From contig QPGO01000017.1 in NCBI GenBank assembly GCA_008632985.1, positions 682,001 through 746,000 on the forward strand: a stretch of 64,000 nt of DNA. Direction: 5' to 3'. This DNA comes from Psammoneis japonica (lineage: Eukaryota). Positions 58,674 through 64,000 of this stretch are shown here, one piece after another. Position 1 is the first letter of the stretch, and every line of letters begins with the position of its first letter. Below the pieces are notes generated by a model, which was not told where the DNA came from, searched no databases, and saw nothing but the letters and a program-made list of their open reading frames with translations. The translations under genes were made by a program, and so were the position numbers.

Positions 58674-61600
58674 TTATCTTCGGCGAGTCGTTCCACCTTG
58701 TTTCTTTTTCCTCATTTTCATCTTCTCTTCCTTCTCGGCTTCGGCCGCCTCGATCTGACTCGCAATGGCGTCAGCGGCAGCAGCTTCAAGGCGCTTCTTG
58801 TCTTCGTCAACCTTTCGAGTGCCCTGGTCCACTGCGAGTGTCATCAGTTTCTGACAGGGCGAAAAGTTAGAAATCCAAGGTGGAAAGGTAAGAGTTTCAG
58901 AGTGATAAATGTACAGAAGGCGAATTCCACGATCAATTACCTTAAGGTTGGCGGCGCTGTTCTTTGTCAACTCGTGCTCCTCTCCAAACAACACCGCAAA
59001 CTGCTGGTACGCGCGTTTTTCGAAACTGACAGCAGCTTTATACTGGCCCATCGCTGCCAGCACAAGCGAAGTATTCTTTGACGTCATGCCATCCATCAAA
59101 CGGTCACAAGACGGACGAGTAGAAGCTTCTTCGTAGAGACGAAAGGCGCGGCTTTTATCACCAACCTCGTGGTACATCGACGCAAGTTTATGGTATGCGT
59201 TACAAAGTTCTTCACGCCGTGGTCCGCCTGCGAGTTCAGTGAGGTACATTGCGGCTCGGAAATGCTTGACGCCATCTGCATACGCCCCAGACTTAAACAT
59301 GATGTGCGACAGTGACGTGTGAGCCGTCAGAGCCTCCGAGCAGTCAAAACCTCCCAGCTGAACAACCAAACCGAGCGAGCGAGCGGCGTTGGCCGCTGAA
59401 AGATGGGGCTCGTTTGCTTCCATCAAAATTGCAGCAATCAAATCTAGACATCTCGCTACCATGGAATGAAGTGGAGTGTCTGTTACCCGCTGATAGAGGT
59501 TTATAGCTTCCTGGGCAAGTTCTAATGCCTTCGGTAAAGCATGAGCATTGAAGTGGAGATGGGCAGCTTCGAGTGTGGCTTTGGCATCCGGCAGAAGGAT
59601 ATGAAGCGAAGGAGGTCCCACGCTTGGTCTCGTGTGAAAAGGAACAAAACCTTCACCCCCTTGAGCCGCAGCGTGTTTTACAAGCGGAACGACATCAAGA
59701 ACGTCAAGCGGAGAGACCGGGTAGGAATGTGTTATCCTGCCGCCTGTAGTATTTCCTCCGGTACAGAGACATTTGCCTCCGACGTCGTAATTTTTTGCAA
59801 CGAGTCGTACTCCGTTTCTCTGGCACACCCTCCTCAAAAGAGGGACGTACAATGAACGACCACCACTTCCGGGGTTGTTGTATAGAGTTAGATCGTATCG
59901 GAAGCGACGTCCAACTTCCGACTGAATATCTTCCCATACCTGCGCCCTTGAACGAACAGGAGGCGGAACGGCATCTCCCTTCCCTCCGGTATCAAACATT
60001 GCAAGGGCATTAAAGTCGTCCTCATCTACAAATTCCGGATCCAACTTTTGTTCGGTTTCCGTCCTCCTTTCAGTGTCTCCTGCTGTCTCTTCAGCTTCCG
60101 ACACGATTGCACTCAGAAACGAGGCAACTGTTTGGGCCGGCTGACCAGCGGCTGCCCCGCCGTTCTCTGTTAGATAACCGTCGAGAACGTGCTTCGCTGC
60201 TCGCGCCACCATTTCACACTCCAAAATTTCTAGCCAGCTCAAAGGCATCGTGCGACGTGGGGCTTGCTTCAATTTTCCAGCCTTAACATTCTTTAGAACC
60301 TCACGATCGCTCTTTTCTTCGAGCAAAGCCAAGGCTGCCAGCCGTCCTAGATATCGACAATTGATGCCACGCTGTTGTATTGTGTCCGTAAGACTCTTTC
60401 CATCAGTGGGTAGGTGATGTCCAGGGGATTCTCGAATTTCCATTGTAAGTTTCGGAAGCACTTCCTCCCACAAATAATCCGCGATTTCACGGGCTTGAGT
60501 TTCATCGAGCTTGAGCTGCGACGCTGCTTCGTCGTCGATACCGTCCAAAGATCTCAGATGGGGTAAGAAGACGTTCAGGTTCAGCCTTAGCGACATCAAA
60601 TACTCCTCTTCCTCGACAGTGAGTTTCTTTGTGGGTGGCTCGGCCTCATCTTTGCCGATTCCATTGGCCGTCTCTTGAGACGACGTGCTTTCCTGTGATC
60701 TCTTCTGGTCTGACGTTTCATCAGGCTCTTGCTTTTTGCTCTTTTCGTCCGACTCCGCTTCTTTTGAATCCTCGTCTTTTTTCTTTTTCTTCATATAATT
60801 GGCCATATTGCGATGTGTCCAATTCGTGACTAGTTCCTGTCGAAGTGTTGCCGTTGTCCACTCATCGTCATCGAGAGATTCGGGTACAAAAGATTTGGTC
60901 TTGCCATTGGAAAGGCTATTCTGGGCTGACTCCCATTTTCCGGTCCCCCCTTTGTCTTGGGGAACCCAATTTGCATCTCTAGGAGTGAGGCGAGAGAGGT
61001 CAAGCACATAGGTACGTTGGTCACTCCCACGAATTCCCTTAGCTTCGATGGGACCACAAACAAGATTCGTTTCGCTCCTATCACCTTCGGCGAGCTCTTG
61101 AGTTTCAGATAGGATAGGCAGCGTTCTCGATTCTTCAATCTCGGTTATCCTCTCGTCCGACAACGGCATTTTCGGGATCGTTCGAGTGGCGACCATCAGC
61201 GCCCTGCCGATTCGATCCTCCAGCAACTTGTGCATTTCCTCGTCCCACGCCATTGGCGAAGTAGATTCAACGGCTCCGTAAAGCAAAGTGTGTGTCTTCT
61301 CTCCGTGAAGAATGCCAGGCACAATGCTTTGACAAACAAATCTCGTTCCGAGGTAGTCTACCAAGACGGTAGCAAGAGTGTGCAATCCCTCAGCGTCCAT
61401 CCGGTGCAGCACACCCATACACTGGGCATCCCGTGATGCTGCCTTTCGTGCAGCCCTGTCGCCTTGAGTGAGTTTGAATGTCTCTACTCCAGCATCCACC
61501 GCGCGAGAAAAGAAGATGTTGTTGTGCAAATAAACATGCGACCTCGTGGGCTCGTTCGGATTCATGGGCGCAACGTGGCCATCAACAATTGCCTTGGTTC

Positions 61601-63323
61601 CCGCCACCGCTGCTTCACCAAACTCGATCAATACTTTGTGAATCAGTCTACCGACAAAAAAAAATCGAATGTACGTCCTCAGCACAGCAGGGTAGACAGA
61701 AAAGAAACGAAGAATTCTCCTCATCATTAACACTTACCTGGCGCGGTCGATTCTTTCCATCAAATCTGTAGTAGGTAGCTCTCGTGCACTTTGAAGTTCT
61801 TCATTCCAATCACGAATCGATGCATCCCTGAGATCTAAGCCGAACATGTTAGACAAGTCTTCTTCGGCCTTCATCGGGTTATACTCGTTTAGATCATTGT
61901 GATTCCAGTCGGAGCCGCGAGGCAAGGGCAGCAGCCAAGTGGGCCTCCCAATGACTGAGTCGATTCCGTGCGATGGATGAAGGGAGGCAGAGCCACAACC
62001 ACCCCAGTCCGAGCGGGTCGCCGCGCGGTGCAAGGACTGGAGAGGTGTGTCGTCTAGTGTCGCTGTGATGTTGGCGCGAGCCATGGACGCATTGAGAGCG
62101 CCAGCCCACGCAGAACGGAGAGACTTGGACTTCTGTAACAAACAGTCCAATAGTTCATGAGAAAAGCAAGGGACTTCGGCTGGGCTTGGATTAAATTTCA
62201 TGTCCGTGTCAACCTTCTGGGTTTTGTTAACGTAAAACCCCGTGGCAATGGCAGTTACGTTGATGACTGGCTCACTGGGATAACCCGGTGTCCTGACTTC
62301 AAAGTAAGCAATATCGCCCATGAGACGACGAGAGGTAGGAGGAGGGTGGAATCCACTGTATCGAATGGTACACTTGACTACCGACTTTTGTTCGGCCTCG
62401 TTTAACTCTTCACAGATATCGCGCGTAGTCTTTTGCTCTGGAGGAGGAGCCTCCTTATCAGAGTTGTCCTCGTTGTCGCCCCCGTCAGTTTTCTTTCCTT
62501 TCTTCTTTTTCTTTTTCGATTTCTTTTTCTTCACTTCTGTTGCACCTTCCGGGTTTGCTCCATCGTCCGCATCCCCCCAGAGCATCTGCTCCTCACCGCA
62601 CGACAGGTAGAAAAAATCACGGAGGTTGGTGCCATCCACAGCAGCCGACTTTCCCAAAGGGAATTTTGGTAGCTTTTCTGCAGCTTCTTTTTTCGCTTTT
62701 TCTGTATTATCGGGTTCCTTTTGCGGTTCTTCTTTAGGGTCTACTGAAGCCGCATCCTCCGCAAGAGAGACAACAGAGGGTGCGTTTCCGTCCAAGAGGG
62801 ACCGCAAGCGAGCGACATGATCTCTCACTGTAGCGGCATCGTAACGTTCCAATACAACGCGGAAAGCCGCTCCATCTTGAAGTCCCTTTTCGATTAGAGG
62901 ACTCAAGTCATCGAAGTCGTCCAGCACAATTTCCGCTTCGTTCGAGTTCTGGCCCAGGCCTTTCGCTGCCGCAGGTGCCGATACCACAGCTTCTGGTCCA
63001 GTAAACGGCGACACTACTTGACTGGGATCAGAGCCAACCTGAGCATCAGGGCTAGTACCTGGTGGAGCTTCGCCCTTGGCTTGCTCCAAGATAAACCGAA
63101 AATTCGTCAAGTGAGCATAGCCACGTACTTCACTGAGCGCAGCACGGAGCGAAGCCACAGGTTCCTCCGCGCGAAGCGGAGGGAGAGGAACAGCTCCCTC
63201 AGTGGTCCCACCGTAGCTCTGAAGCGGTGGGAGGATACTCAAATCCTTGAATAAGGCATTAGGTGTTTCAGGAGATTCTTCCTCGGTCGTGGCAGCCGGC
63301 GGTGACGCCTCTTTTTCGGCCAT
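58674..63323 (-). CDS. CLU1: Clustered mitochondria protein CLU1/Clueless (CLUH/TIF31), with ~2 short introns (~61650-61738, ~58853-58940)
   Basis: SGFHPPPTSRRLMGDIAY, TGFYVN, FSHELLDCL, DWNEELQSARELP, NNIFFS, LATVLVDYLGTRFVCQSIVPGIL, KGIRGSDQRTYVLDL.R.TPRDANW, GINCRYLG, EMVARAAKH and C-terminal TPRs. Confidence 0.93.
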
Positions 63324-63730
63324 GGTGCGGTATGTTTTGTGTTTAGTCTGCAGGCTCAAATAATGCAAAAACTGCTACGTGAGAACGAGTACAGAAGGTA
63401 CAGGTACGCATGAAGCTTTGAGCGGTCAAGAGCTCGGTTCCGACACGGACGATGGTCAGTCGAGCCATTTAGTCGAATAGTTCAGTAGGAAATATCCGGG
63501 TTCGCGGGAACAAGCGTACCGGTAAGCGTGCGATGTGCACCTTGGATTTCTTCCCTCAATCCACAATGACCTCACCTCCATCCTGCGTCGTCGTCCGCTT
63601 ATGAACAACGGTAGAAATCGCGATCATCACTTCACATTGCACCCGCAATTCTCCACGCCTCCGACCCGTGTAGAACCAGCCTCCACTTCACAGACAGTCT
63701 GGTTCTCTGAATGGCCATAAGAAGTCAAGG

Positions 63731-64000
63731 ATGAACTTTGAGCGCTTCAAATCGCGAGTGACGGCAGCAGCAGACGTTGCCAAGCAATTCAAAGGGTTCG
63801 ACCAAATGGCAGCTCAAGATGATTACATTCACAGTCCTGATTTGAATGTGAGACAGAGTCGTCGAACATCTCCAGTAGAGATTCAGACTACTACCATAGG
63901 ACAGAGACGACCTAGCGTCGACCAGACAAGCAACACCTCAGCGACGCTGAACACCATCGACGGGCAGTCAGCCACTTCTCGCCAGGTAGAGGCAGCGGTG
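63731..64000 (+). CDS. 5' end of a hypothetical protein, divergent from CLU1, running off the window
   Basis: ATG 63731 opens MNFERFKSRVTAAADVAKQFKGF... with no stop to 64000. Confidence 0.5.
   Translation, partial: MNFERFKSRVTAAADVAKQFKGFDQMAAQDDYIHSPDLNVRQSRRTSPVEIQTTTIGQRRPSVDQTSNTSATLNTIDGQSATSRQVEAAV

Overview
Eukaryotic nuclear DNA, very probably from a diatom. The evidence is CoDi-type Ty1/copia elements, Ambal-like LINE fragments, short GT-AG introns and a bipartite plastid-targeting presequence. About 53 kb is nested, decayed mobile DNA; the rest holds intact host genes: a family-16 methyltransferase, WDR55, a CYTH/THTPA-like protein and CLU1/Clueless. Two things stand out. (1) Repeat-derived sequence has almost lost the TpA dinucleotide through TA->TG/CA transitions. 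Conserved Tyr residues appear as Cys or His in RT, RNase H, Rep and helicase motifs, paired LTRs differ by reciprocal TG/CA, and a duplicated host gene (RPC8) is also hit, while genuine genes next door are untouched. This looks like a RIP-like but A:T->G:C repeat-hypermutation process acting faster than CpG decay. (2) A ~14.5 kb Helitron/Helentron-type element (~17.4-31.85 kb) has a RepHel gene preceded by a structured hairpin array and flanked by a cluster of chromatin/DNA-modifier genes: a DOT1-like methyltransferase, a TET/JBP-like Fe(II) dioxygenase and a SET domain, plus a basic-N/acidic-C unknown protein. All calls are by eye from motifs, without database searches; many coordinates in decayed regions are approximate.
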